Shown: positions 1 to 12,100 of the stretch, one piece after another | How positions within the stretch are numbered: position 1 is the stretch's first letter | How the letters are laid out: the number at the start of each line of letters is the position of its first letter | DNA from: Yuukianura sp. NJ FZ-2021 | Taxonomy: Eukaryota | DNA length: 64,000 nt | Direction: 5' to 3' | NCBI GenBank assembly: GCA_046563655.1 | Contig: CM102284.1 | Coordinates: 8,122,001-8,186,000 of the forward strand | Made by a program: the position numbers and the translations under genes | Notes under the pieces: model-generated | The model's database searches: none | Seen by the model: the letters and a program-made list of their open reading frames with translations, nothing else | Told to the model about the DNA's origin: nothing

Positions 1-3000
1 TGTAATGTGGTTGACACATCGTTTGGGACCAGTACTTTCTGCGAAGTACATTTCTAGAAACTTGTTACGTATGCTTACACTGTGCTATTTAGGACATTTG
101 GAACAACCTAGTCAAAGTTCTAGTCAGAATGCTGAGTCGTCTTCGACGGAAGAAGTGTCGTGTCAAGGTGACTGCCATGCTGAGAAAGTTTTGGAATGTC
201 TGAGCTCAATTTCTGGTAGGTTTTTAAAAATAAACGATTTTTACTTTGACATTTAGAATTTTGAATTTTGAATTTTTTTTTTCATGAATTTCTTAGATTT
301 GTACGGCGACAGTTTTATAGAGCGGCAGTACATTCCGTATGCAATTGACGTGGTGAATTTTGCAAAGAAGCGGTTGACTGCCACAATTGAGTCGGCGCTG
401 ATCGGAGTTTCGTCGTTATTGGAACATGTGCTAAATTGCATGGAAGATTCATTACTTGTCACTCTTTTGAACGTAAGCGAACTCGTTATATAGTAATAAA
501 ATTTTTATAATTTATAATTGATTGAAATTGTTTAAAATATTTTAGGATCCTGTGATTTGCTCTCTGTTGAAACCGATTCTAGAGTTAGTCACTTCATCAC
601 AGACGCAATTTCCTTCAGGATTTGAACCCAGGGCACTCATTGTGAAGAAGGTGAATTCATACAATAAATATATAATCAATTAGACAATTTGTATGTGTAC
701 TTTCAAGTGTAAACTAAAATTTTGTTTCATTGAAGGTGGTGAGTATGATGAATGTTATTCGCCGTAAAGTTGGGCCAGACATAAGCCAACAAACCCTGAA
801 ACCGCTGATTCTCCAAATCTGTGCCAGGATAAAAAACGTTTCCGTTGAAAGTGAAGACGATGGCAAAGTAATTTGAGTTCAACTTCAAAGAATTTGAATT
901 TTTTAAAAATGTGTTCATGTTTTGATTTTGTTTGCTGTGAAAGGTTCCACAAAACATTGGTGCTGTGTTTGGACAGTGGCTAGCTTCCTCTATTTACACA
1001 AACTTCTATGCAATGGTCATTGGGTCAGAGTTCGAAGGGATGATTCGTGATATGGCCCTTGTCCAAGGCCACTCATCGTCAATTCCAACCCCAGGTTTCA
1101 TTTTTCACAAAAAACAGCATCTTCTTATTGCATAAAAATTGTAAAATTCCTGATTTATGTCTAGATTCTGGGAGAACCTGGGAGAAGGGCAATGCGTTTC
1201 CAAGAGTTGAGCAACAAAGTAGTTTTGGAAGCAGAAGTTTCGGAAATCGGATCTTTGTGGAAGAAGTAATCGTGAAGTTAACAATTAGTTAAAAGAAAAC
1301 ATTAGTTTACATTATTTGTTGATTTTTAGAGTGATGGAGGGGACAAAAGTGAGGTGACACCGCATTCTCCAGTTTCCCCACCGAAGGACACTACGAGGCA
1401 CTTGAAAGGGAATTGGTTGGTTTACTGGGACCATGAAGTGGGCCGCTCTTCAGCCAAATTCAACTTTAAACAAATCAAACTCCAAACGTTTTCTGGACAC
1501 ACGGCTTCCATTCGATCAATTTGGTCACTCAACAATGAAAACAGTTTTCTCACTAGCAGCAAAGACAAGACATGCAGAGTTTACTCATTGAGAAACCAGG
1601 TAAAATCTAATTCTTCCATAAGTTACAGTAATTCACATTGGTAATTAGTAATTCACATGAGTAATTAGTAATTCGCATGAGTAATTAGTAATTGAAAGTA
1701 GTTCGTAATTAGTAATTGAGTTCAGAATCTCAGTAGCCGACTATTTGACGCACACAGGTTCCAGAGTATTCACTGCAGAACGTGTTCAGGGCACAGGGCA
1801 GTTTTAAATCTGCAGCGCCATAGTGCTTCACAAGACACTTCTCACCTGGTTTTACGAAACAGGCAGTTCCCCTTTCCTGTTTAACAAAAGCCTTTCTGAA
1901 TACTGTTTTTTAAAAAGTTTTCGAAAAGGTTTTTTTTTTAAACTTACGGGGTCAGGCATCCCTGTGGCATGATTGACTCTGATAGTTTCCGTTCCATGAC
2001 TAACGAGACAGACGCAAGTTTGTGTGTCACCGGAACACTCGAGAAGTCCACCGGAGAAGCACAGTTGTTTTTCACGAATGAGTTGAGCAGTTCTTTGCAC
2101 AGTACAATTTTCAATACTGCGGTGGTGCTCGTTACAATGGCCAAGCACTGTGGCATTGGTGGCGTGAGGTTTAAAGTTGACAGAAACGTTCCAGTAACGA
2201 TATGCAAACTGTTCAGCATCTTCGCTATCCGCTGTTCCTTCAAAGTAGTGGTCCCAGAAGTCGGGCATGATTTGATTAAATTCCGTGATGTTGCAGGATT
2301 CGTTCCGGATGAGGAAGCGATAAGCGAACATGATCTTCGTGTCGTAGAACTCCAAGGTATTCTCGAGATAGTATTTAGTCAGGCGAGGCTCGGCTGAGTA
2401 AGCGATTCGGCGATTAGTGAACATATCCGAATCTAAAATTTAAAAATTTCAATTTTTTCTTCCTTGTTTTAAAATTTCATTTTGGAAATGGTGCTGCGTC
2501 CTCACCTTCTAACGCTTCCCGCGGTTTGGTTCTGGGTTTCAACGCTCCAGTTTCGTTCGCAGTTTTGTTGCTTGGTTTGCAGGGCAGATATGATACTGGT
2601 ATCCCGATTTCGTCCGCCATGTCACAAATGTTAACCCGGTCTAAGGAAAAATGCAATGTATTTCCAAGTATTCCGCAATTTCAAAAAAAAAACAAAAAAA
2701 AAAAGAATTTGAATTTTACCGTTTGTGGACACTGCTGTTGAAAGGGAACAAAGAACTAAAACAAGGGTGACTGGGGACATCTTGGAGTCGATATTTTCAG
2801 ATATTGGGCTAGAATTTTCACAAAAGCGTTTTGAAAAAGAGATTTGTTTGGCGCATTGATTGATACTGCAGCAGGAATATTGAAAAATGATGTTGCAATT
2901 TGCGAGGGTTGTAAAATGCTGTTGATTTGGAGTTGTTGATTGATTTGATTTTCTTTTTGTGATCACTAGGGAGATGAATCGATCGTGGCTTCACATAAGT

Positions 3001-3973
3001 GGACATACTCCAACCATAGACGAGCTGTGATCAGTGTAATTTTCAATGAACCTCTGCATCTTGCTGCCTCCACGGATGGAATGATTCACATTTGGGATCC
3101 ATTTGTTGGAAAAGTTGTGCGCGTACTGGAACCAATTCTTGGAAAAAACATTAGAACTTTGAAGCCCTTAGCCAATTCAGCGTCTTTCGTTGGAGCTGGA
3201 GTTGAGAACTTCTTGACCGTCGTTGATCCAAGGACGAATCAGTCGTATGAACTCAAAGTAAGCTGCACGTTAAATTCAAAAATTCAAGATTTCAATTGGA
3301 ATTGTTTGTAACAAGTTGTTTTTTTTACTTTTCAGATGGGAATTGGTCAGAACTCGGGTCCGGTGAGGTGCATGTCGGTTTCTCCTGGAGGAGACGTCGT
3401 TTCTGTTGGCCATTCTTCCGGAATGATCTCCAGTTTAGATCTGCGCGGAACTCTGATGGGTTCCTGGAAAGCCCATGAAGGAGAAGTAATTCAATTAGAT
3501 TTGTCACTAATTGACATCACCTTTGAACAAAAACAAACTAATTTTAAGTATCACCTCGCACAGGTTCTGCAACTGATAAATCATAACCGGCATCTAATCA
3601 GTTCATCTCTGGATCAACACGTCTCTGTTTGGAACCTGGATGACAATAAATTACTCTTCAATATGAGGTAAGTTGACAAAGATTTGTTGAATTTTGAGAT
3701 TTGTTGTTTTTTGAAGTTAAAAAACTTATGTTTTTGTACAGAGGATCCACTGAACCTGTTCATTCCATGGCCACTTTTGAATCGGAACTTCTAACTTGTA
3801 CGACTTCAAACCGAATTGGAGTCCATAATCGAATTGATCCGAATTCCGACTTCTCATCAACTCGCCTTCGATCAGATACATTCAAAGGAATTGTGACTAC
3901 AATCAACCTGTTACCACTCAACCAATTACTAATCGTCGGAGGAGACTCCGGCCTCCTGTCTCTTCTGTGCTAA
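1..3973 (+). CDS. WDR81: WD repeat-containing protein 81 (BEACH/WD40 family), 3' portion; multi-exon, 5' end lies outside the window
   Basis: Exons approx 1-215, 297-472, 546-650, 736-867, 944-1095, 1164-1265, 1330-1599, 2970-3257, 3336-3486, 3564-3667, 3723-3973, with GT-AG boundaries. Peptides [69 protein letters not shown] and C-terminal [32 protein letters not shown] resemble the WDR81 C-terminal region as I recall it. Confidence 0.9.
1628..1720. repeat. Short degenerate ~20-bp tandem repeat (GTAATTAGTAATTCACATGA)
   Basis: About 4-5 visible copies in the WDR81 intron, just 3' of the nested gene's stop codon. Confidence 0.7.
1730..2780 (-). CDS. Nested antisense gene: secreted cysteine-rich protein of unknown family (~275 aa), inside a WDR81 intron
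   Basis: Four exons 2780-2720, 2640-2506, 2432-1948, 1876-1730 (828 nt), all GT-AG and phase-consistent. N-terminal signal-peptide-like [20 protein letters not shown], several N-x-S/T sequons, Cys-rich C-terminus (..[53 protein letters not shown]). Confidence 0.8.
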
Positions 3974-4106
3974 AAAGCAGCTAAATCCTAATCAACTGGC
4001 CAATATTTTAACGCAACATTCCTCTGCTCATTCCAGGAAACTCGCTTCCAGAATTTTTAGTTATGGTGTAGGGCACTCTGAGCTAAGAAACAAAATTGTT
4101 CTACTT

Positions 4107-5474
4107 AATTAAGCTAAAAGCTTTAGTAATCCAGCTACAATTTACAAAAAGTTGTGACAGTAAACAATTAATTAATGAAACAGAAACACTTAATTGTCTG
4201 GTTATTCGTATCACTGGAATGCAAAAATGCATAAAAATAATTTATGTGGTTGTAGAACCAGTCACTCGCACAATCCTTGTCACCCTCTGAATTTGTGTGG
4301 TTTTTGTAGGAGTTACTGCACACCACCCTTGTCACCCACTCTGATTTTGAACTGAAGTTTAACATTGGAGGATAGGCAGAAGACAGGAAAAATTGACAGG
4401 AGATTATGCGAAGCAGGAAGGCTACACTCCCTTCCCTATCCTTACCCTCTGAATTTGTGTGGTTTTTGTAGGAGTTACTGCACACCACCCTTGTCACCCA
4501 CTCTGATTTTGAACTGAAGTTTAACATTGGGGGATAGGCAGAAGAGAGGAAAAGTTGAGAGGAGATTATGCGAAGCAGGAAGGCTACACTCCCTTCCCTA
4601 TCCTTATCCTCTGAATTTGTGTGGTTGGAGTAGGAGTTACTGCACACCACCCTTGTCACCCACTCTGATTTTGAACTGAAGTTTAACATTGGGGGATAGG
4701 CAGAAGAGAGGAAAAGTTGAGAGGAGATTATGCGAAGCAGGAAGGCTACACTCCCTTCCCTATCCTTACCCTCTGAATTTGTGTGGTTGGAGTAGGAGTT
4801 ACTGCACACCACCCTTGTCACCCACTCTGATTTTGAACTGAAGTTTAACATTGGGGGATAGGCAGAAGAGAGGAAAAGTTGAGAGGAGATTATGCGAAGC
4901 AGGAAGGCTACACTCCCTTCCCTATCCTTACCCTCTGAATTTGTGTGGTTGGAGTAGGAGTTACTGCACACCACCCTTGTCACCCACTCTGATTTTGAAC
5001 TGAAGTTTAACATTGGGGGATAGGCAGAAGAGCGGAAAAGTTGACAGGCGATTATGCGAAGCAGGAAGGCTACACTCCCTTCCCTATCCTTCTACGCGCC
5101 GCCTATCTTCCTCATACAAAATCACACAAGACCAAAAAACCTATGTCGCCTCTTCGCTTCGTATAATCTCCGATCTACTTTTCTGCTCTCTCGCCTATCT
5201 CCCCATGCAAAAGACTCTTTCAAAAGTTGAAGTTGGAGGTCACGATCATTTGCACAGCTAGTACAAATCACGACTCAACTCCATCCATAGTACTCCGCCA
5301 ATCTCTTTTGAAAATATCCTTCCACATAATTTGGCACAAAAAAATTGCATGTTCAAAATTTTGTGAAATTTTGAAAAATTAACATTATGCATCATAGTTT
5401 CTAGCTTTCATTTTGAAAATGTATTGTAGAGATGTTCTCACATGAAGCTGATTACTTCCTGCTTTAGCTTAATT
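4107..5474. mobile_element. Non-autonomous DNA transposon/MITE-like element with imperfect TIRs and an internal tandem array
   Basis: Left end AATTAAGCTAAAAGCTTTAGTAATCCAGCT (4107-4136) matches the reverse complement of 5446-5474 (AATTAAGCTAAAGCAGGAAGTAATCAGCT). TTAA is present at both ends. No transposase ORF. Confidence 0.6.
4282..5091. repeat. Tandem array of five near-identical 162-bp units
   Basis: Unit starts at 4282, 4444, 4606, 4768, 4930. The period also shows as the 54-aa repeat in the minus-strand ORF 4168-5013. Confidence 0.95.
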
Positions 5475-6016
5475 GCTAATTATAAATAAAAGGAATCGAG
5501 CCAATTAATGCAACTGTAGTGGTATCCTGATCATTGGGTAAGGCGTAAACTGGTTTAACTTAATTAATTGCTCCAAAATCGTAGTAATTATAATTAAGCA
5601 CTTTATCGATTAAAACAAGTTAGATTGTTATTGTTACAGACGTAGAAACGTAAAGAAATGTGTTGAGACATGTTTTGTTGGAGCGCGGGAAAATGGCCGA
5701 AATTAGTGTTTGAATAATTTCTTCGGTTCGTCTAAAGGTTACTCCACAACACCGCATGTCACCCACCCAAATTTAAATTTAAATTTTAAATTCAATAACA
5801 TAAATCGTAAATCAAATTCAATCGTGACGTAACTCATTATGTAAACTGCTGCTTATTGTTTCCGCTAAAATTATTACTGAAACTATCATCGCATGCTGCG
5901 ATTACTGAGAAGCAAGTATCGATAGCCAAGTTCCAAGAGTCTGTTCAAAAACTAAAAGCGATTTTGGAAAATTCAACTTTATTCTAAACTTTAAAAAAAA
6001 AGTAAGAAATGAAAAG

Positions 6017-8506
6017 TTAAGTGTTTGGTGGGGCAGAAGTTGAGGGGTTGGGAGTTTCACTTCTGCTGGATTCGGTCATTGATACGTCCATTTTCACTTC
6101 CTCACGATCACTGTCAAAGTTCAGTTCAACCTGCATGAAAAGTGGTTGCGGATCTTCTGGACGGGCTTGGGCTAACTTTACTAACAGATTCTTTGCTTCA
6201 TCTTTTACCTAAAAATAAAAACAGAACTTCATGATCAATAATTTCTGAAACAAACTTTGAAAAAACTTACTTCCGGAAATTCTAAGCACTTGAAGGTGTG
6301 TTTGTAGGAAGAATCGAAATCTTGTTTCAAATAATAGAAATTGGCTAGGAACGAATGTGCTTTCCCTTGTTCATCTCTGTCAGCAACATTCTGAGTTTCC
6401 ATTTCATTCAGGTATTCCAAATAAGCTTTAGCCGCCTTATCCGGATCAGTAGTTTTTTGCATTCTGGAAAATAAGTTTTAGTAAGTTTTTGAAGTTTCGG
6501 CAACTGAAATTTTTAGAACGTACTTGGCTAATTTGAGAATCGCGAGTCCCTCAATGTCACCCAACTGCCGAGCTCTTTCATAGCACAATCCAGCATTCTT
6601 GAGTCGATCCAGTTTTTCATAAGCTTCTCCGAGTGCAGTAAGGAGGCGACTGTCATTTGGACGAAGGTTGTGAGCCTGCTTGTAGTAATATAAACTGTAG
6701 GCAGGCATCTTCAGAATGTCGTACGTTTGACCTAGTCCGTTCCATGCACGATAATCATGACGATTTACTTCTGTTGAATCAACAAAAAGTTTCAAAATGA
6801 AGCAACTTTTTGTAAATTTCATGTTTATGATTTACCAACGGCTTCACGATAACATTGGATTGCTGCATTTGAATTTTTGAGTTCCATGAATTCGTGTCCC
6901 ATTAGTGTCCAGGCAGAGAGGTAATACGGATTTACACGTAAAGCTCTCTCGAAGTACTCAATGGCCTTGTGATGCTCTCGCTTTATACTGTACAGGTTAC
7001 CTTAGACGTCAAAGGTCAAAGGTCAAACATTTTAAAATGTCAGACTACTTATTCTTGAATTTTACTCACCAACGATACAACACGTTTCGACACGGTACTT
7101 GTCAATTTCAAATGCTTTGTTAGCAAGTACTTGGAGGTAGTACTTCTCTCCCTTGACATAGAGCATGTTTGAGTACAGGTCCATGTCGTCCAGACGAAAC
7201 GGATCTTCCAGACTCACTTGATCAAAGGAGTCAATTGCTTCATCAACGCCTGAAATGATAGTCAAAGAAACTTTTTATTAAAAAATCACAATTTTAACGA
7301 GAATGATTTGATTTTGGCTTCTTACGCTGAACATTGTGATAAGCAATTGCGATTTGTGTTTTGATGTAACAACTGTTTGAAAATCCAGCTTTCTGGAGAG
7401 CATGATAAATCCTGAGAGCCCGTTGATTCATATGGAGTTCGAGGTAAATGTGACCAAGAAAGAAGAATTTCATCCAACAATCCGGTAGTTTCGACTCCAA
7501 TTCTCCCAACTGTATCAGCAGAACGGACCAGAATTAACTTTCGTAGGTTTGATTTGTATAGAATAACTTCATAAAAATGTTACCTGACTTCTATCCATAA
7601 CAAGAAATGAAAGTTCCAGCCAACATCCCCACAGACCGCAATTGGCTTTCAGAGAAGCCAAAAGGTAATTGATTGCTTCAGCAGCATTTCCTTGTCTCCT
7701 GGCAATCATTCCAAGCAAATACAGATCATAAGAATCGTAGTCTTCCATTTGAGCTGTCGTGTCATAGGAAGCAAGTATCTCAAAAGACAAGTCAGTCAAG
7801 TTATCCAACTGATGAGGATCGGAAACGACTGTAACAAAATAAAATTCACTAAATAAGGGAATAAAAATGAGAAAGTTACATTAAAGTCTGCATGTTAAGA
7901 CAATTACTCAATTCCAACCTGTCAGTTCGCACATATTTTCCAAACGTTTCTTTTCATAGTCCAAGTAGAGGGCGTAAAACCTCAAAAATCTGAGTACTGG
8001 ACAAGTACCGGTGTACTGCTCAGCAAAATACGCACACCTATAACATGAAACTGTAAATTAACGATAAGTAAAGCTTAATGCAACTATTAATTAACAATTT
8101 GTCTAGATTACTCTACCTCTGGTACTCTTGATTATCAAAGAAGGACTTGCATAGGAGATAAGTATCGTAGAATTCTTGCTGGTCAAAGAGCAGGGAAGAG
8201 TAGCCCATCGATACTTGCGTGTCCATTTCTATATTCCGTAGAGAATAATTTAACTCCGAGAGCCTGACAAATAGAATAAAGTCAGTTGGATCGTGCTCGT
8301 ACGACATATAATGATGGGTAGCTTAATTTTAATTTAATTGATTAATTGCCTTCGTTTAGCTCCTGCCAACGATAAGCTAAAACGTTTACTAACCATTTCG
8401 CCGATTTGAGTAATCCTCGCCTTTGACAATTATGAAGTTCCACCACGATTTGTCTTTTTGCCAGTTTTGGATCCAATGTTGAAAGCATAGGAGCTATTGG
8501 TGGCAT
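6017..8506 (-). CDS. CDC23: Anaphase-promoting complex subunit 8 / cell division cycle 23 (TPR protein), multi-exon
   Basis: N-terminal [126 protein letters not shown] are typical APC8 motifs. Presumed ATG 8506, stop TAA 6017. Confidence 0.93.
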
Positions 8507-9153
8507 TCTTGAGCCTTCTGTTAAATTAATGACTGCCAATTATTAATTCAGAATAAGATTTAATCGATTAATAAATCAAGAATTATAAATTTACGGGATT
8601 CAGCCGTAGAAAATGTCAATGTGAAAAAAATGTAAACAAAACAGACAGTAAAATAAAAATTTTGCGAAAAAAAAATATTCAAAAATTTCGCCAATTTTGG
8701 TAAGACAAAAAGCTACACACAACTACTTATCACCACTCTGAATACTTTAATTGATTCAATTAGTTAGTCAATTACTTAAACGTTTTAACCTAATTAATAC
8801 AATTATCAGCTTGTAAAATAATAACTAAGCTCGTTATAGTTTTAATTATTAATTAAATTGCTAGATTTGAACATAATCACAATAGTATTCTTTTTGTGCA
8901 TCCCTGCATTTTGGCAATTATTGGTTCTTGTGTGACTAAGAAACCTCTAGTCTTACCGTTAAATTTGTTTAGCTTACTTTTTTCATTATATTCCGGTTGT
9001 TTTCAGTGTAACTTACCAAGATCAAGATCATGATCAATTAGTTCATCAGAAAACTAATTTACAAATAGCAAACCGATTTTTACGTCAATTATTGATTAAC
9101 TGAGCACGCCAATTCATTGACTGAAGGTCATATTTGGCGACGTCTGACGAAAC
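8507..9153. promoter_or_regulatory. Probable bidirectional promoter and 5' UTR region shared by CDC23 and Nup214
   Basis: Head-to-head start codons only ~650 bp apart. No specific TSS could be identified. Confidence 0.55.
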
Positions 9154-12100
9154 ATGAAGCCACAAGCTATACAGGTACGCAAATTTTACTTTAGCAAAAG
9201 CAAATCGTTCTTGCATTGATGAATCATAAAATGGCAAATTAAATGTGCTTGATTTGTCTGTTTTGTTTAATTAGAATTTCACGAGGATCTCGTCACTGGA
9301 GCTGCAGCAAGTTCCGTGCAATGGGCTTCAACTGTCGCATAAGTACTGCGTTGGCGTCTTGGTGTTATCAAATCAAGTGCACTTGATAAGTACAAACGAT
9401 CTTTTGCAAGGAAATGAATCCAAGGTCATCGCCACTGGAATCATTGCACAACAAGTTATATGCTCCGAAGATAAACTTGCTGCTGCTTTCAACGGAGTCG
9501 TTTCAATATTTAGTTTTGCTGATTTGAAAAAGGTGATAGTCTAACCTTGTGTAAATGAAATGAACATAAGATCTAATTGTTCAAATTGATTTTACAGCCA
9601 GTTGCAACGATGAATGCAATGACTAAGATTCGATCTATGCTTTTCAATCCTACGGATTCGAATATGCTTGCAGTTTTAACGGAACGTGGACAAGTATTTT
9701 TACAGAATAATACCCCGGAAGGACAGCAAAACGTTGGTTATACTGAGAACATAGTCACGTAAGTTAGTTGTTAAGCCTAATGTTGATTAAAACTTATAAT
9801 TAGTTAGTTTTTTTTTTCTTAGGGCAATGTGTTTTTCTCCAAAAGGAAAGCAATTGTGTGTGGGACACGCCGACGGAAGCATGTGTCAACTCAAACTTGA
9901 CCTGACCAAAGCAAAACAAATTCCTTCAAGAGGCGGAGTTCCGCTTTCCATTTTCTGGGTTTCCACCACCCAATTTTTAGTTTCGTTTCTAGGAAATGGA
10001 GATTCTCTTGGTAAGAAGATTCTTTAAACTCAAGTCTTCGTGTGTTTGACATTTTATTTTTCTCATTTTTAGAACTTGTTCAAATTGATCTTCAGAAAGC
10101 AGCTCCACCATTGTGTCGAAGTCTGGGAGATCCCTTTGTATCAGAATCTGTAACCTCAAGTAGCCAAGTTTACATGAGCCTACTTCATCCCAATGTCATC
10201 GTCTGCTCCTCATCGACATCTTCGGACGTCGTTGTGCTGGCCAAAATCGGAGAAAATTGGCAACTTGAACTTGGAGAGGACGATCGGAAGGCCGATTTAC
10301 CTCTGGATCATTACTCAATTGGACAAGTTTTTTACTTCAACGTGACTGATCCGATCGTTGTTGATGGAATCACACATGATCCAATGCCTGTGTACATAAT
10401 TGGAAGTCAGTCTGGAGTAGTCCGATGTTTCAGTGTCATCAACTCACAAGGGAAAGGAGAAGGACAAAAGTTTGCCACTGGGTTGACACCGCTCAATTTA
10501 GCTTCTTTGTCAACATTGACACAACAGCAGCCGCCAATAACAAATGTAGCCCCGCCTGCCCCACCGCCATCAATGGCTTCAATTCCGACGATGTCAGTTC
10601 CTTCGTTTTCGTTTGATTTCAAACCTCCAATGCAAGTTCCGTCTGGACCAGCATCAGAGCCACTGAAACCTCCAAGCACATCGACTCCTCTTTCATTTTC
10701 TGCACAACCAGTTCCAACTTTTTCAACTCCAGCAAAACCATCGGAAGAAGCAGCAAAGCAAGTGCTGGAAGCCAAGAAGAATCTGAAAGCTACGATGGAC
10801 AAGGAAGAAAAAGTGGTGAGAAAAGATGAAGTCTCGCCCAACGTTATTTTCCAGTTTCAAGAGTTTCACAAACGGTATTTCAAAAAACGTTTCAAAGTTC
10901 AACTGACATTTTTCAGTTTAAAAGTAAATTTCAATACAATTCAATTTTATTAAAATGTTTTATTTTAGATTCACAAAATTCCAAGGTGCAAAGGCAGCCA
11001 ACGTTGCGAAATTGGGAAAAGACTTGGTAGTTTTGAAGGAATCTTTTGAGGCGAATGTGAAGGACATTTCTCGAACAGGTCATTAAACATATTTCTATAT
11101 ATATTTTAAATAAAATTATATGTAAATGTTTTGTATAAATTAACATAATGTGTTAAAGTTTAACTCTGTTTTGCAGAGGATTTTATTCATGACCTGGAGA
11201 AGACATGCGCTGTTCAACAGAAAGAGATTCAAAGTCTACGAGAAAAATCAGTTTCGGATTTGGCTCAAATGGAGTACGTCAAAGGAATTGAAGAGCAAAA
11301 CAAAGATCCGACGTATCTCCAATTACTTCGATCGAGACCAATTGATTCCAGTACGCTCAAAGAACTGAAGTCAATTGAAAGAAACTTCAAGTAAGATCTA
11401 AATTTTAGCTCTAAACTCATCAGCATCTCTCTCCTTCGTTTTCGATTTAGTTTAATTTTCTTTTGAAAATCAAATTTTGTTTCGTTTTTAGAGCCGTTGA
11501 GCATCAAATTCAAGAATGTCGGAAGAACTACTTCTACCGAGGTTCGCCAGGGGCAAAGAAAGCTGCTTCAGTTCCAATCAAAATGGCTGAAATTGAGAAG
11601 ACACTGGAAGTGCATGCAAAAGTTATCCAACTGCTTGTGAATAAGACCAATGCAATTAGAGAGAAACTGGGACTGGCGGGTTCGCTTGAAAAGTTGACAG
11701 AACAGATGAAGACAACTTTTATATCGGAAGAGCTCAAACCGATCGTTCCAGCAGCCAAACTGAATATCATGAGAGATTTTCTGAGGCAGAGGAACATCAT
11801 AAGACTCAAACCGGCTAAAGAGGAACCTCAACATTTCATTCCGGACAGAAGTGTCAAAGATGAGAAGCCAGAAATTGACAAGGTCAAGATGTCAACTGAA
11901 CCTTCGCCAGTTGACATGTCATCGTCACTTCCCAGCACTACTGCCGTCACTTCAACTTCAACCTCCGGAATTGGCATGACAACTTTTGGAACTGCTACTA
12001 AACCGACCACTTTTGGAAATTTGACTACCCCTGTCATCGCTTCGAGTTTTGGCAACAAGAGCAGCACTTTGGCAGCATCGACTCCAATTCCTGCCAGCAT

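Noticed and set aside
4168-5013. 281-aa minus-strand ORF with 54-aa repeats
   Set aside because: A by-product of the stop-free 162-bp (3n) tandem unit. No recognisable domain, and it lies inside a TIR element.
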